This document shows positions 9,927 through 19,504 of a stretch of DNA of 64,000 nucleotides, piece by piece. This DNA is from a candidate division FCPU426 bacterium (GTDB taxonomy: Bacteria > Oederibacteriota > Muellerivitia > Muellerivitales > Muellerivitaceae). Location: assembly GCA_963847625.1 (NCBI GenBank), contig CAWKAR010000022.1:23012-87011 (forward strand), read 5' to 3'. The position numbers and the translations under genes were made by a program. The first letter of the stretch is position 1, and each line of letters opens with the position of its first letter. The notes under the pieces were generated by a model. That model saw only the letters and a list, made by a program, of their open reading frames with translations. It had not been told where the DNA came from and ran no database searches.

Positions 9927-11333
9927 TTATCCTTTATGTTTCTGGATAAGGTCATTGCCGACTTTCCAGATATCCCCGGCGCCCATGGTCAAAAGAACGT
10001 ATTTTTCAGTCAGGTGGTTCTTCAGGTAATCCAAAAGGCCCGGTCGGTCCTCCGCGTAAATGACATGGGGGTGGCCGTTCTCCCGCAGGGCTTCCACCAG
10101 GGTTTTACCCGTGACTCCTGCGATGGGTTTCTCGCGCGAGGGATAGATGGCCGTGATAATGACCTCATCCGCGTCCCCGAAGGCCTTACCGAACTTGTCC
10201 CGAAGCAGCTGTGTCCGCGAGAAAAGGTGCGGTTGGAAGACCACCAGGACTTTTTTCGAGGGCCCGGCGAAATTCTTGGCCGCTTTCAGGGTTTCCGAAA
10301 CGGCCGTCGGATGATGGGCGTAGTCATCCACGACCACGGCCCCCTTGAAGGAACCCTTGACCTCGAACCGGCGTTGGACGCCATGGAATTTCGTCAACCC
10401 GCTCGCGATATTTTTAAAGGAAATCCTCAGTTCGAGCCCCACCGTGACTGCCGCGAGGGCATTCTTGACGTTAAACAGCCCCGGCACGTTGAGTTTGACC
10501 GTTCCCATTTTTTTCCCATGGACCACAGCCTCAAATGATGAACCGATTTTCTCCAGTCGGATCTTCCGGGCCGAAACCTGCGCCTTGGGTAAAATCCCAT
10601 AAGTTGTCACCCGCCGTTGGATATGGGGAAGGATTTGCTGGACCTGTTTATCGTCGATTCCCAACACGACGCAGCCGTAAAAGGGGACCTTATTGGTGAA
10701 TGTCACGAAGGCGTCCCGCACTTTTTCGATGGAGCCGTAGTAATCCAGGTGGTCATCGTCGATGTTGGTCACCACGGATATCATGGGAGAGAGCAGGAAA
10801 AATTCCCCGAAGGCCTCGCATGCTTCCGCGACCAAATAGGGGCTTTTCCCCAGTTTGGCATTGGATTTGAAAGCGTCCACCTGCCCCCCGATGACGAGGG
10901 TGGGGTCCAAACGGGCCTCGGTCATGACCAGCCCTACCATGGATGTAGTGGTGGTCTTGCCATGGGTGCCCGAAACGGCGATGCCGAACTTCAAGCGCAT
11001 AAGTTCCGCCAGCATCTCGGTGCGGGGGATGACGGGAATGGATCTCCTTCGGGCTTCCAGGATTTCCGGATTGTCCGGGGGAACTGCGGCCGAATAAACC
11101 ACCACGTCCACGCCGGCCACGTTTCCGGCCTTGTGGCTGAAATGGATACGAGCCCCCATTTGGATAAGCCTTTGCGTTGTTTCGGAGGATTTCAGATCTG
11201 AGCCGGTCACCTCGTATTTGAGGCTTAAAAGCACGGCGGCGATACCGCTCATGCCAGCGCCCCCGATGCCGATGAAATGCACCCGTTTCACGGCCCCGAA
11301 AGGTTGGGTCAGGATTCCGAATGACGGTTTCAT
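9927..11333 (-). CDS. murC: UDP-N-acetylmuramate--L-alanine ligase
   Basis: HFIGIGGAGMSG, GTHGKTTTT, DDYAHHPT, FQPH. Confidence 0.98.
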   Translation of the reverse strand: MKPSFGILTQPFGAVKRVHFIGIGGAGMSGIAAVLLSLKYEVTGSDLKSSETTQRLIQMGARIHFSHKAGNVAGVDVVVYSAAVPPDNPEILEARRRSIPVIPRTEMLAELMRLKFGIAVSGTHGKTTTTSMVGLVMTEARLDPTLVIGGQVDAFKSNAKLGKSPYLVAEACEAFGEFFLLSPMISVVTNIDDDHLDYYGSIEKVRDAFVTFTNKVPFYGCVVLGIDDKQVQQILPHIQRRVTTYGILPKAQVSARKIRLEKIGSSFEAVVHGKKMGTVKLNVPGLFNVKNALAAVTVGLELRISFKNIASGLTKFHGVQRRFEVKGSFKGAVVVDDYAHHPTAVSETLKAAKNFAGPSKKVLVVFQPHLFSRTQLLRDKFGKAFGDADEVIITAIYPSREKPIAGVTGKTLVEALRENGHPHVIYAEDRPGLLDYLKNHLTEKYVLLTMGAGDIWKVGNDLIQKHKG

Positions 11334-11404
11334 GATGGATTCCTCTTATTCATAAATGTCAACGCGGGTTCTTCCCCGTGTTTTTTCTTTAAATTGAGTT
11401 TCAT
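11330..11404 (-). CDS. putative linker peptide MKLNLKKKHGEEPALTFMNKRNPS between murG and murC
   Basis: ATGA overlap with murG stop and ATGA overlap with murC start. Confidence 0.45.
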   Translation of the reverse strand: MKLNLKKKHGEEPALTFMNKRNPS

Positions 11405-12498
11405 TTCTTTTCCGCCATTTCAAAGATTTCCCCGGCGATCTGACGGGCCGCTTCGGGTTTGGCTAGTAAGGCTGCCGCCTGTCCCATAGATTTCAGCTTT
11501 TCCTCATCCGAGAGAAGGGAGATCAGGGTCCGGCTGAGCATTTCCTCTCCCAACTCCCTTTCCAAAATCACGACGGCCGCCCCCGCCGCCTCAAGGGCCC
11601 TGGCATTCTTCTCCTGGTGCCCGGAAGCGTGAGGATAGGGTATAAAGAGAACGGGCAGGCCTCGGCTGACCACTTCCGCGCAGGTCAAGGCCCCTGAACG
11701 GGCTACCACCAGATCCGCCACTGCGTAGGCCTCCTGGATGTTCCCGAAAAACGGCCGGACGACCATCCGAACCGGGCACTTTTCCAACTGGTCCACGGTT
11801 CTGCGGTAGTCGGCCGTTCCGGTCATCATGAGGACCTGGAACCGGTGACCCCCTTCGCCCAGGAAAAGGATGGCCTCGGCCATGATTTGGTTCAACATCC
11901 GGGCTCCCTGGCTTCCACCCAGCATCAGGATGTTTTTGACACCGGGAAAAAGTTTGAAGTTCTCGAGGGCCTTGGACCTCTCCGCCGCCCGGATTTCCTC
12001 CCTGACCGGAATTCCCGTCCATTGGGCCCTCCCCTTGGAAAAATGTCGAACCGTCTCTTCAAAACCCGCGAATATCTTCTTGGAAAACCTGCTGGAGAAC
12101 CTTGCTCCCAAACCCGGAATGACGTTGGGTTCCAGCAATCCCACCGGGATGCCCTTCCAGGCCGCGGCCAGCGAAACAGGAACCGACACGTACCCCCCCG
12201 TCGAGAAAACCGCGTCCGGCTTGAAGGAAGCCACCAATTCCCGGGCTTGTTTGAGTCCGGAAAAAAAGTCGTATCCGAAGGTGAAATACTTCCAGGACGG
12301 TCGGCGGGGGAACCCGCTGGCCGGAATACCTTCGAATAGAAGCCCCGCCTCGGGTACCCATTTTTCCTCGGGTCCGTTTTTTTTACCCACGTAAAGCACG
12401 ACTACCTCCGGTTGTTTCATTAATTCTCTCGCCACTGCGATGCCGGGGAATACGTGTCCCCCCGTTCCACCGCCCGTGATGATGAATCGTTTAATCAA
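11401..12498 (-). CDS. murG: undecaprenyldiphospho-muramoylpentapeptide beta-N-acetylglucosaminyltransferase
   Basis: GGGTGGHVFP, TGGYVS, GGSQGA, RSGALT, HQEKNA; TTG start 12498 (alternative ATG 12519). Confidence 0.97.
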   Translation of the reverse strand: MIKRFIITGGGTGGHVFPGIAVARELMKQPEVVVLYVGKKNGPEEKWVPEAGLLFEGIPASGFPRRPSWKYFTFGYDFFSGLKQARELVASFKPDAVFSTGGYVSVPVSLAAAWKGIPVGLLEPNVIPGLGARFSSRFSKKIFAGFEETVRHFSKGRAQWTGIPVREEIRAAERSKALENFKLFPGVKNILMLGGSQGARMLNQIMAEAILFLGEGGHRFQVLMMTGTADYRRTVDQLEKCPVRMVVRPFFGNIQEAYAVADLVVARSGALTCAEVVSRGLPVLFIPYPHASGHQEKNARALEAAGAAVVILERELGEEMLSRTLISLLSDEEKLKSMGQAAALLAKPEAARQIAGEIFEMAEKK

Positions 12499-12583
12499 AA
12501 TCGCCCGCCGTGAAAACATATTGAAAGGAACATATATCTCGAATGCAGCGTTGCTTTTTGCTTCCCTTTGAAAACAGTCTCAT
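12491..12583 (-). CDS. putative linker peptide MRLFSKGSKKQRCIRDICSFQYVFTAGDFD between ftsW and murG
   Basis: ATGA overlap with ftsW stop; TAA overlaps murG TTG start (TTGATTAA). Confidence 0.4.
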   Translation of the reverse strand: MRLFSKGSKKQRCIRDICSFQYVFTAGDFD

Positions 12584-13734
12584 CGGACGGCCTCCCCTGC
12601 TTGGCTTAAGGGTATTGGCAGTCTGGTTTCCCGGGAGATGTTGAGCAGGAATCCGATTGAAATCAGCGTAAAAACCATGGAAGAACCCCCATAGGATATG
12701 AGCGGAAGGGGAATTCCCTTGGTGGGAAGCAATCCCGTCACCACTCCCAAATTCACGAGGGCTTGGAACCCGATCAGCCCGGTGATGCCCGCCGCCATCA
12801 TTCCTGGGAAAAAGCCGCCTTCCCTCCGGCTGACGGCCCGGGAGACTTTGAACCCCCTCAAGATGAAGAGGGCGAAAAGAAACACGAGGGCCCCGGCTCC
12901 CACCAGGCCCAATTCCTCCGCGATGATGGCGAATATGAAGTCCGTATGCGGCGCCGGGAGATAGAAAAGTTTCTGGGAACTGTTGGAGAGTCCCACGCCC
13001 AGGGGGCCGCCGTTGCCCACTGCGATCAGGCTTTGGATCAGCTGGAACCCCGCACCCTGAGGGTCGTCCCCGGGATGCAGAAAGGATAGGATACGGACCA
13101 CCCGATAATGGACGGATTCCACCAGGAACACGAAAACCGGGACAAAGACAAAGAGAGGGATCAGGAAAAACTTCCATTCCATCCCAGCTAAAAACAGTGA
13201 AAGGATGGTGACCAGAGCCAGGAGTACCGCCGTCCCAAAGTCATGTTGCTTTTCCAAGAGCAACATGCAGATTCCCAGCAGGACCAAATAGGGCATGAGC
13301 CCGGAAAAACTCCCCAAGGTCTGCCGGCGCCGGTCCAGGGAATCGGCTAGGTAAAAAACGAGAGCAATTTTCAGGATTTCAGAAGGTTGGAAAGAAAAGA
13401 ACCCCAGCCGGAACCATCTTTGGGCCCCGCCGACCGTTCTCCCGATCCCGGGAACACAAACCAGGGCCATCAGGATCAAGGCCACGATTAGTCCCGGAAT
13501 GGCCAAGGCCCTGAGTTCCTCCAAGTCAACCTTCGAGGCGAAGAAAAGGCCCAGGCTCCCCAGCGCCACCCAGAGGAGCTGGCGGAGGAAAAAATAGTAG
13601 GAATTTCCGAAACGATCGTGGGCCAGGATGGCCGAGGCGCTATAAACCATGATCAGCCCGGCTGTGACCAGAACGAGCGTTAAAAGAAACAAGAAAAAAT
13701 CAGGCGAGGCTTGTTTTTTGACATTAAAACTCAT
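12580..13734 (-). CDS. ftsW: SEDS peptidoglycan glycosyltransferase FtsW
   Basis: MVYSAS, GAQRW, FQPSE, PHTDFIFAIIAEELG, PTKGIPLPLISYGGSS; start 13734 after GGAG (alternative ATG 13797). Confidence 0.97.
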   Translation of the reverse strand: MSFNVKKQASPDFFLFLLTLVLVTAGLIMVYSASAILAHDRFGNSYYFFLRQLLWVALGSLGLFFASKVDLEELRALAIPGLIVALILMALVCVPGIGRTVGGAQRWFRLGFFSFQPSEILKIALVFYLADSLDRRRQTLGSFSGLMPYLVLLGICMLLLEKQHDFGTAVLLALVTILSLFLAGMEWKFFLIPLFVFVPVFVFLVESVHYRVVRILSFLHPGDDPQGAGFQLIQSLIAVGNGGPLGVGLSNSSQKLFYLPAPHTDFIFAIIAEELGLVGAGALVFLFALFILRGFKVSRAVSRREGGFFPGMMAAGITGLIGFQALVNLGVVTGLLPTKGIPLPLISYGGSSMVFTLISIGFLLNISRETRLPIPLSQAGEAVR

Positions 13735-14026
13735 GAACTTCTCCAAAACATATTTTTTTACCCCGGTCTTCGTGATAAATCCCGGTTTTGGTTTCATCCT
13801 TCCGTTCGGATTCCGAGCGAAGTGTCGTAGACGTTGGAAGAGTGTCGGAAGTGTTGTTGTCAGAATCCGAACGCAGGGATGGAACCTCCTTTCCGGTTGT
13901 CACAACTCGAAGGACCGCCTTTTCCAATCGGAATACCACCAGCATCTCCGGCAGCTGGAGGCTTTCCAATTTGATGGCGGTGTTGTTGCGCTTCGTCCCA
14001 CTCGGCTCCAACGGGTTGAAAAGCAT
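13724..14026 (-). CDS. hypothetical 100-aa protein between murD and ftsW
   Basis: TGATG overlap with murD stop; its stop overlaps the ftsW start; fills the gap exactly. Confidence 0.5.
   Translation of the reverse strand: MLFNPLEPSGTKRNNTAIKLESLQLPEMLVVFRLEKAVLRVVTTGKEVPSLRSDSDNNTSDTLPTSTTLRSESERKDETKTGIYHEDRGKKICFGEVHEF
13790..13886. repeat. long inverted repeat / hairpin inside the murD-ftsW ORF
   Basis: CGTTCGGATTC (13803-13813) / GAATCCGAACG (13863-13873) perfect 11 bp; GGTTTCATCC / GGATGGAACC outer stem. Confidence 0.75.
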
Positions 14027-15462
14027 CAGTTGTTCCCCCCTCTGGCGTCCGGCGGCTGAAGCCCCTCGTTTTTTTTCTGGCCCGCTTTCATTTCAGCCAG
14101 CTTTTTCACCACGGCCTTGAACTTCCGGCCCCGGTCCTCGTAATTTTCGAACATATCATAGCTGGCGCAACCGGGTGAAAAGAGTACTACCCCCCCTTTC
14201 CCGCAGGACGCGAAGGCCCCTTGGACCGTCTCTTCCAAGCCGCCTGCCTCCACCACCGTCGCAGCGTTTGACAATTGCTGAACCACCTTGCGTTTGCACT
14301 CCCCGAAGGCCACTACTCGCGTGACTTTCTCCTGGACCAAGGGGGCTAGACGGGTGAAATCCCCCGCCTTATCCCGGCCGCCGAGGATCAGCACGATGGG
14401 CGCCTTGAAGCTCTGCAGGGCCTTCACCACCGAATCGACGTTGGTTCCCTTGGAGTCGTTGACGAACATAACCCCTTCGACTTCCCCCGCCGGTTCCAGG
14501 CGGTGCTCGACTCCGGGGAATTCCGCCAGGGTCGAAGCGATGGCACCGTCAGGCACACCGCAGAGGGAGGCGGTCAGCGCCGCGGCACAGGCGTTTTCCA
14601 AATTGTGGGGACCGGGGATCTTCAATTCGGAAGTATGGATAAGGTGTCGTCCTAGAAGTTCGATCCGGTCCCCAACAACGTAACATCCGGGTTTCCCGGT
14701 ATTACAGGCATTCTCAATAAAGCCGAACAAGTAAAGCCGGCTCTTCACCAGGCTGCTGTAGATGGGTGTGTACTTGTCGGATAGGTTCAAGAGAGCTGCA
14801 TCCTCGGGTTTTTGGTTCGCGAAAATCCGACCCTTGGTTTCCACGTAGGCCTGCATCCCGGGATGCCGGTCCAGGTGGTCCGGCGTCACGTTGAGAATGG
14901 AGGCCACCTGGGGTCGGAATTCTCGCATGGTCTCCAGCTGGAAACTCGAGACTTCCAGGACCGCCCAATCGTTGGCGGAAAGTTCGAAAACCGCCTCCGC
15001 GAAAGCCTTGCCGATGTTGCCGCAGGCCACCGCTCCCTTTCCGGCGTTCTTGATCATGGCGGCAGTCAGAGTCGTAGTCGTGGTCTTGCCGTTTGTGCCG
15101 GTAATGGCCGCCATGGGCGCTGGACAGTAACCGAATGCCAGCTCCATTTCCCCGATCACGGGAATTCCTTTTTCACGGGCTCTTTCTAGGGCCGGATGGC
15201 AGTAGGGCACCCCCGGGGAGGTCACCACCAGATCCGAGTTAGTCACCGAGACCGGGTCGATTCCTCCCAGCATGAGCTTGGCGTGGGTAAGACCCATGGC
15301 CTTGTCCATCCAGGCTGTGAGTTTCTCGGGAGTTTTGTCGTCCAGGATAACGACCCGGGCTCCGTGCACGGTTAAGAGCCGCGCCGCAGCGTAACCCGAC
15401 CTTCCCAATCCGATGACCGTCACTTGTTTTCCATGAACGTAGTACAAGTTGTTCTGCTCCAA
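14026..15462 (-). CDS. murD: UDP-N-acetylmuramoyl-L-alanine--D-glutamate ligase
   Basis: GLGRSG, TSPGV, GTNGKTTTT, LEVSSFQLE, NDSKGTN, SPGCASYD. Confidence 0.98.
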   Translation of the reverse strand: MEQNNLYYVHGKQVTVIGLGRSGYAAARLLTVHGARVVILDDKTPEKLTAWMDKAMGLTHAKLMLGGIDPVSVTNSDLVVTSPGVPYCHPALERAREKGIPVIGEMELAFGYCPAPMAAITGTNGKTTTTTLTAAMIKNAGKGAVACGNIGKAFAEAVFELSANDWAVLEVSSFQLETMREFRPQVASILNVTPDHLDRHPGMQAYVETKGRIFANQKPEDAALLNLSDKYTPIYSSLVKSRLYLFGFIENACNTGKPGCYVVGDRIELLGRHLIHTSELKIPGPHNLENACAAALTASLCGVPDGAIASTLAEFPGVEHRLEPAGEVEGVMFVNDSKGTNVDSVVKALQSFKAPIVLILGGRDKAGDFTRLAPLVQEKVTRVVAFGECKRKVVQQLSNAATVVEAGGLEETVQGAFASCGKGGVVLFSPGCASYDMFENYEDRGRKFKAVVKKLAEMKAGQKKNEGLQPPDARGGNN

Positions 15463-15497
15463 TCCTTTTTTTATCGCGTCCTAGTGGACGCTTTTAC

Positions 15498-16586
15498 TTA
15501 ACGCAGTTTCAGCGTGCTCAAGGTTAGTAAGGTCAGGATGATGGCGACGATCCAGAACCTGACGATCAGCTTGGACTCGGGTATGCCGGACAACTCGAAA
15601 TGATGGTGCAGCGGAGCCATCTTAAACACCCTTTTCCCGCTCACCTTGAAGGAGGTCACTTGGATGATGACCGACAGGGCCTCCGCCACGAAAATACCTC
15701 CTACGATGATCAGGAGAATCTCCTGTTTCACCATGACCGCAATCGTTCCCAGCAGGCCTCCCAGAGCCAGGGAGCCAGTGTCCCCCATGAAAACCTGGGC
15801 CGGATGGGCGTTAAACCAGAGGAACCCGAGGCCTGCTCCCGCCAGTGCCGCGCAGACCACGGTAAGCTCGCCGGCGCCGGGCACCATGATGATCTTGAGG
15901 TATTCGCTGAACTTAATGTTCCCGGAAACGTAGGTGATGACCACAAAGGCCATGGCCGCGAAAATCGTGCAACCTACGGCGAGACCGTCCAAACCGTCGG
16001 TCAGGTTTACCGCGTTGGAGGCGCTCACGATCACCAAAACCGCGAAAAAGGGATAAACAACGTCCAGGTTCAGGGGGTGTTTGAAAAACGGCAGGGTGAT
16101 GGATGTCTTCAGGTGGAAATCGTCCGGGAGGACTGAAAGGTAGAAAAATACGATGATCATGGCCCCACAGGCCTGGAATATCAGTTTCCACAAGCCGGGA
16201 ATGCCCCGGCTTTTCCCGATGCCCTTGAGTTTCAGGAGATCGTCAACGATTCCCAACATCCCGTACCAGATAAGGGAGAAGACACACAGCCAGAAAAGTT
16301 TGGAATCCCACCGCACCCATAAAAGGATGCTCAAGAGGAGGGTCAGGAGGATCAGAATTCCACCCATCGTGGGGGTGCCAGCCTTGGAGGAATGGGCTGC
16401 TGGGCCATCGGAGCGGATTTTCTCGCCCAATTGGGCAGCTCGGATCCTGGCGATAACTGCGCTTCCGAAGAGAAGGCACAGTCCGAAAGACGTTACCGCC
16501 GCGTACACGCTCCGGAAAGTGACGTAACGGAAAACATTGAATCCGATGAATTTTCCAGCCAACGGATAGAGTAGGTGGTATAACAC
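15498..16586 (-). CDS. mraY: phospho-N-acetylmuramoyl-pentapeptide transferase
   Basis: KAGTPTMGG, NAVNLTDGLDGL, FMGDTGS, MAPLHHHFE. Confidence 0.99.
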   Translation of the reverse strand: MLYHLLYPLAGKFIGFNVFRYVTFRSVYAAVTSFGLCLLFGSAVIARIRAAQLGEKIRSDGPAAHSSKAGTPTMGGILILLTLLLSILLWVRWDSKLFWLCVFSLIWYGMLGIVDDLLKLKGIGKSRGIPGLWKLIFQACGAMIIVFFYLSVLPDDFHLKTSITLPFFKHPLNLDVVYPFFAVLVIVSASNAVNLTDGLDGLAVGCTIFAAMAFVVITYVSGNIKFSEYLKIIMVPGAGELTVVCAALAGAGLGFLWFNAHPAQVFMGDTGSLALGGLLGTIAVMVKQEILLIIVGGIFVAEALSVIIQVTSFKVSGKRVFKMAPLHHHFELSGIPESKLIVRFWIVAIILTLLTLSTLKLR

Positions 16587-16612
16587 TTTTTCTCCTTAAT
16601 TCCGGCCTTCGA

Positions 16613-17956
16613 TCAGAATGCCTTCAATACTTTTTCCAATCTCATGGCCCGCGATCCCTTCAATAAAACCGCGTCGCCTTTTTCGGCGATTTCCGCTAAA
16701 AATTTCCCGGCTCGATCCGCTTGATCGAAGCAATGAATGACTCCCCCGGAGACCCCTGGCAAACCCCGTATAGCTTCCTGGAAGGCTTTTCCAACCAAAA
16801 GAAGGCAGTTTGGCTGCAAATCCAGGGCCCTTTGGAGGACCTGTTCATGAGCTTTCTTGGTAAATTCCCCCATTTCCAGCATGTCCCCTAATACTGCGAT
16901 TTTGCGCCTGACGCCCTGAAGACTCCGGAAAGTATCCAATGCCGCCTCCATGGAGGTAGGCGAGGCGTTGTAGGCATCGTTGACGAAAAGAATGCCCTGC
17001 CGGTTTAGGATTTCCATGCGCATGGGAGCGCGGGGAATAAAGCTTCCCAACCTTTGCGCGAGGGCTTTTAGGGGCAAACCCAGGGCCAATCCGGCCGCGA
17101 CCGCAGCCAGGGCGTTTTTCACGTTATGCTCCCCCGGCATGGAAAGACGGACGGGAATTTCCGCGCCTTGCGCCTCCAGCAGGAAGCGGGTCTTCCACCC
17201 ATCCACCTGGAGGTCCTTGGCTCTCACTTGTCCCACCTTGATCCCGAATGTGAACACATCGTCTCCTTTGCGGCCCAACAACGGGTCCTCTGCGTTTAAA
17301 ACCACTTTTCTACCGGCCCGGAAGGCCGTTCCGATTTTTAATTTTTCCAATGCCAGATGCCTTTTGTCCCGGAAAAATCCCAAGTGGGCTTCCCCGATCG
17401 CCGTTACTACCGCCACGTCGGGCCTGGCTGTTTCGGACAACCGCTCCATTTCGCCCGGGTGGTTGATGCCCAGTTCCACCACTGCCGCCTCATGCCCCGG
17501 TTCCAAGCTCAACAAGGTCAAGGGAAGACCCCATTGGTTGTTCAAATTTCCCTCGGTCTTCAAGACTCTGAACTTCCCGGCCAACAAATGGGCCGTCATG
17601 TCCTTGACCGTCGTTTTACCCACGCTCCCCGTGACCGCTACCACCGGCCCGTCCCACTGCAGCCGTTGGGCCCTTCCAAGTGCTCCCAGAGCTTGGGTGG
17701 TGTCCTTCACCCGGATGACGGGTACTCCAATCCCAGATACAGACTTGGAAACCACCGCCGCCCTCGCGCCCTTCACCGCCGCCGCCCTCAGGTAACGGTG
17801 ACCATCCAGCTGATTTCCGATGATGGCGATGAACAAATCCCCTTTCCGGATTTTCCTGCTGTCGTGGCAAACACCCGTCACTTGGATTTTTCCATTTCCC
17901 GCCGTCAACCGCCCGTTCACGAGCGCTGTCGCTTCCCGCAGGGTCCATGGCAGCAT
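16613..17956 (-). CDS. murF: UDP-N-acetylmuramoyl-tripeptide--D-alanyl-D-alanine ligase
   Basis: TGSVGKTTVK, GNLNNQWG, NDAYNASP, LGDMLEMG, KGSR. Confidence 0.97.
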   Translation of the reverse strand: MLPWTLREATALVNGRLTAGNGKIQVTGVCHDSRKIRKGDLFIAIIGNQLDGHRYLRAAAVKGARAAVVSKSVSGIGVPVIRVKDTTQALGALGRAQRLQWDGPVVAVTGSVGKTTVKDMTAHLLAGKFRVLKTEGNLNNQWGLPLTLLSLEPGHEAAVVELGINHPGEMERLSETARPDVAVVTAIGEAHLGFFRDKRHLALEKLKIGTAFRAGRKVVLNAEDPLLGRKGDDVFTFGIKVGQVRAKDLQVDGWKTRFLLEAQGAEIPVRLSMPGEHNVKNALAAVAAGLALGLPLKALAQRLGSFIPRAPMRMEILNRQGILFVNDAYNASPTSMEAALDTFRSLQGVRRKIAVLGDMLEMGEFTKKAHEQVLQRALDLQPNCLLLVGKAFQEAIRGLPGVSGGVIHCFDQADRAGKFLAEIAEKGDAVLLKGSRAMRLEKVLKAF

Positions 17957-18033
17957 CAATTGCTCGGACAGCCGACAGATGACAGTCGGCAGCTACCGCC
18001 TCCCTCCCCGATCTGTATAGTTGCAGGGTTCAT
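17956..18033 (-). CDS. putative linker peptide MNPATIQIGEGGGSCRLSSVGCPSN between murE and murF
   Basis: ATGA overlap with murE stop; TGATG overlap with murF start. Confidence 0.45.
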   Translation of the reverse strand: MNPATIQIGEGGGSCRLSSVGCPSN

Positions 18034-19504
18034 TGCTTAAGTCCCTCCAGCGCCAGTAGGACTTCCTTCCGATCGTCGAAAGGGCGTTTTTCATCGCCTA
18101 TGATCTGGTATGTCTCATGCCCTTTGCCCGCGATCAAGACCAAGTCTCCTTTTTTAGCAATGGAAAGCGCTAGGCGGATGGCCGTCCCTCTTTCCTCTTC
18201 CACCCAAACCCGGCGGTGCCCGTTCTTGGAGAGCGGGGAGGGGATACCCTTGAGAATCTCGTTCAGGATGGCCTGGGCATTCTCCGTCCTGGGGTTGTCG
18301 GAAGTTAATACGGTCAAATCGGCTATCTGGGCCGAGATTCTTCCCATGATCGGCCGCTTGGTCCTGTCCCGGTCGCCTCCGCAGCCGAATACCGAGATGA
18401 CGCGGTGCCCTTTTTTAGGGTTCAAAATCCCCCGGGCCGCTATCAAGGCTTGTTTCAAGGCGTCCGGGGTATGGGCGTAATCCACCAAGACCGTGAAATC
18501 CTGCCCCGCCGAGATTTCCTCGAAGCGTCCCGGGACGACCGGAGCCCGCATCAGGCCTTCCTGGATGGCTTCCCAGGAAAAACCCAGTTCCTTCGTCACC
18601 GAAAGGGCCGCAAGGCAATTGTAGACGTTGAAAATTCCAGTCAGGGGAACCTCGAATTTTTTTCCCCCACCCGGAAGGAAACACGGCCCGGAAGGGTCTT
18701 TACTTTTTCAGCGCGGTAGGTGCATTTGGAGCGGATACCGTAGCCAGCTGCCTTAGACTTCAATTCCTTCAACAGCCTTCGGCCGTAGGAGTCGTCGGCG
18801 TTAGCAACGCGGGCCTTGAGGCTTTTAAACTCGGTGAAGAGACGGCGTTTGGCCTGAAAATAGTTGGAAAAATTCTTGTGAAAATCCAAATGGTCCCGCC
18901 CCAGGTTGGTAAAGACGGCCCCCTGGAATTCGACGCCTAAAACGCGCTTCATTTCCAGGGCGTGGGAGGAAACTTCCATGACGGCCCACCCGCACTTTTG
19001 AAGCCTCATTTCATTCAATAATTCCACCACCGCTAAAGCCGAGGGGGTGGTGTTGGGGGCGACGTAGGTCTTGTTTCCGACCTGGTAGCTGATGGTGCCA
19101 ATCAATCCGGCATCCTGTCCCGCAGCTTTCAGGATTGCGCGTAGGAGATAAGTCGTCGTCGTCTTGCCTTTGGTTCCGGTGACGCCAACCACCCTCACGC
19201 GTCGGGAGGGATTCCCGAAAAAAGCGTGCGCCAGGCGGGCCAGGGCTTCCCGGCTATCCGGTACTGTCGCCTGTGGGACAGGAATGTTTTCCAAGGGTTT
19301 CCCTTCCGTCACTAGCGCACAAGCCCCAGCCTGGACGGCCTCACTTGCGAATTTCCGTCCATCCAACTTGGCACCCGGCACACAGACGAATAGGTCGCCC
19401 GGATTGGTTTTTTTGGAATTCTCGGAAAGGCCCGTCACTTCGGGATTACCCTTTCCGATGGTTTTCACATGTTCCAATTTCCTCAGGAGGCTTTGGAATT
19501 TCAT
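18030..19504 (-). CDS. murE: UDP-N-acetylmuramoyl-L-alanyl-D-glutamate--2,6-diaminopimelate ligase (one -1 frameshift at ~18657-18668)
   Basis: Two ORFs: N-half GTKGKTTTT, MEVSSHAL, DHLDFH; C-half DYAHTPD, GCGGDRD, DNPR (meso-DAP type), AGKGHE; frame switch at G5A7 restores PLTGIFNVYNCLAA. Confidence 0.95.
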
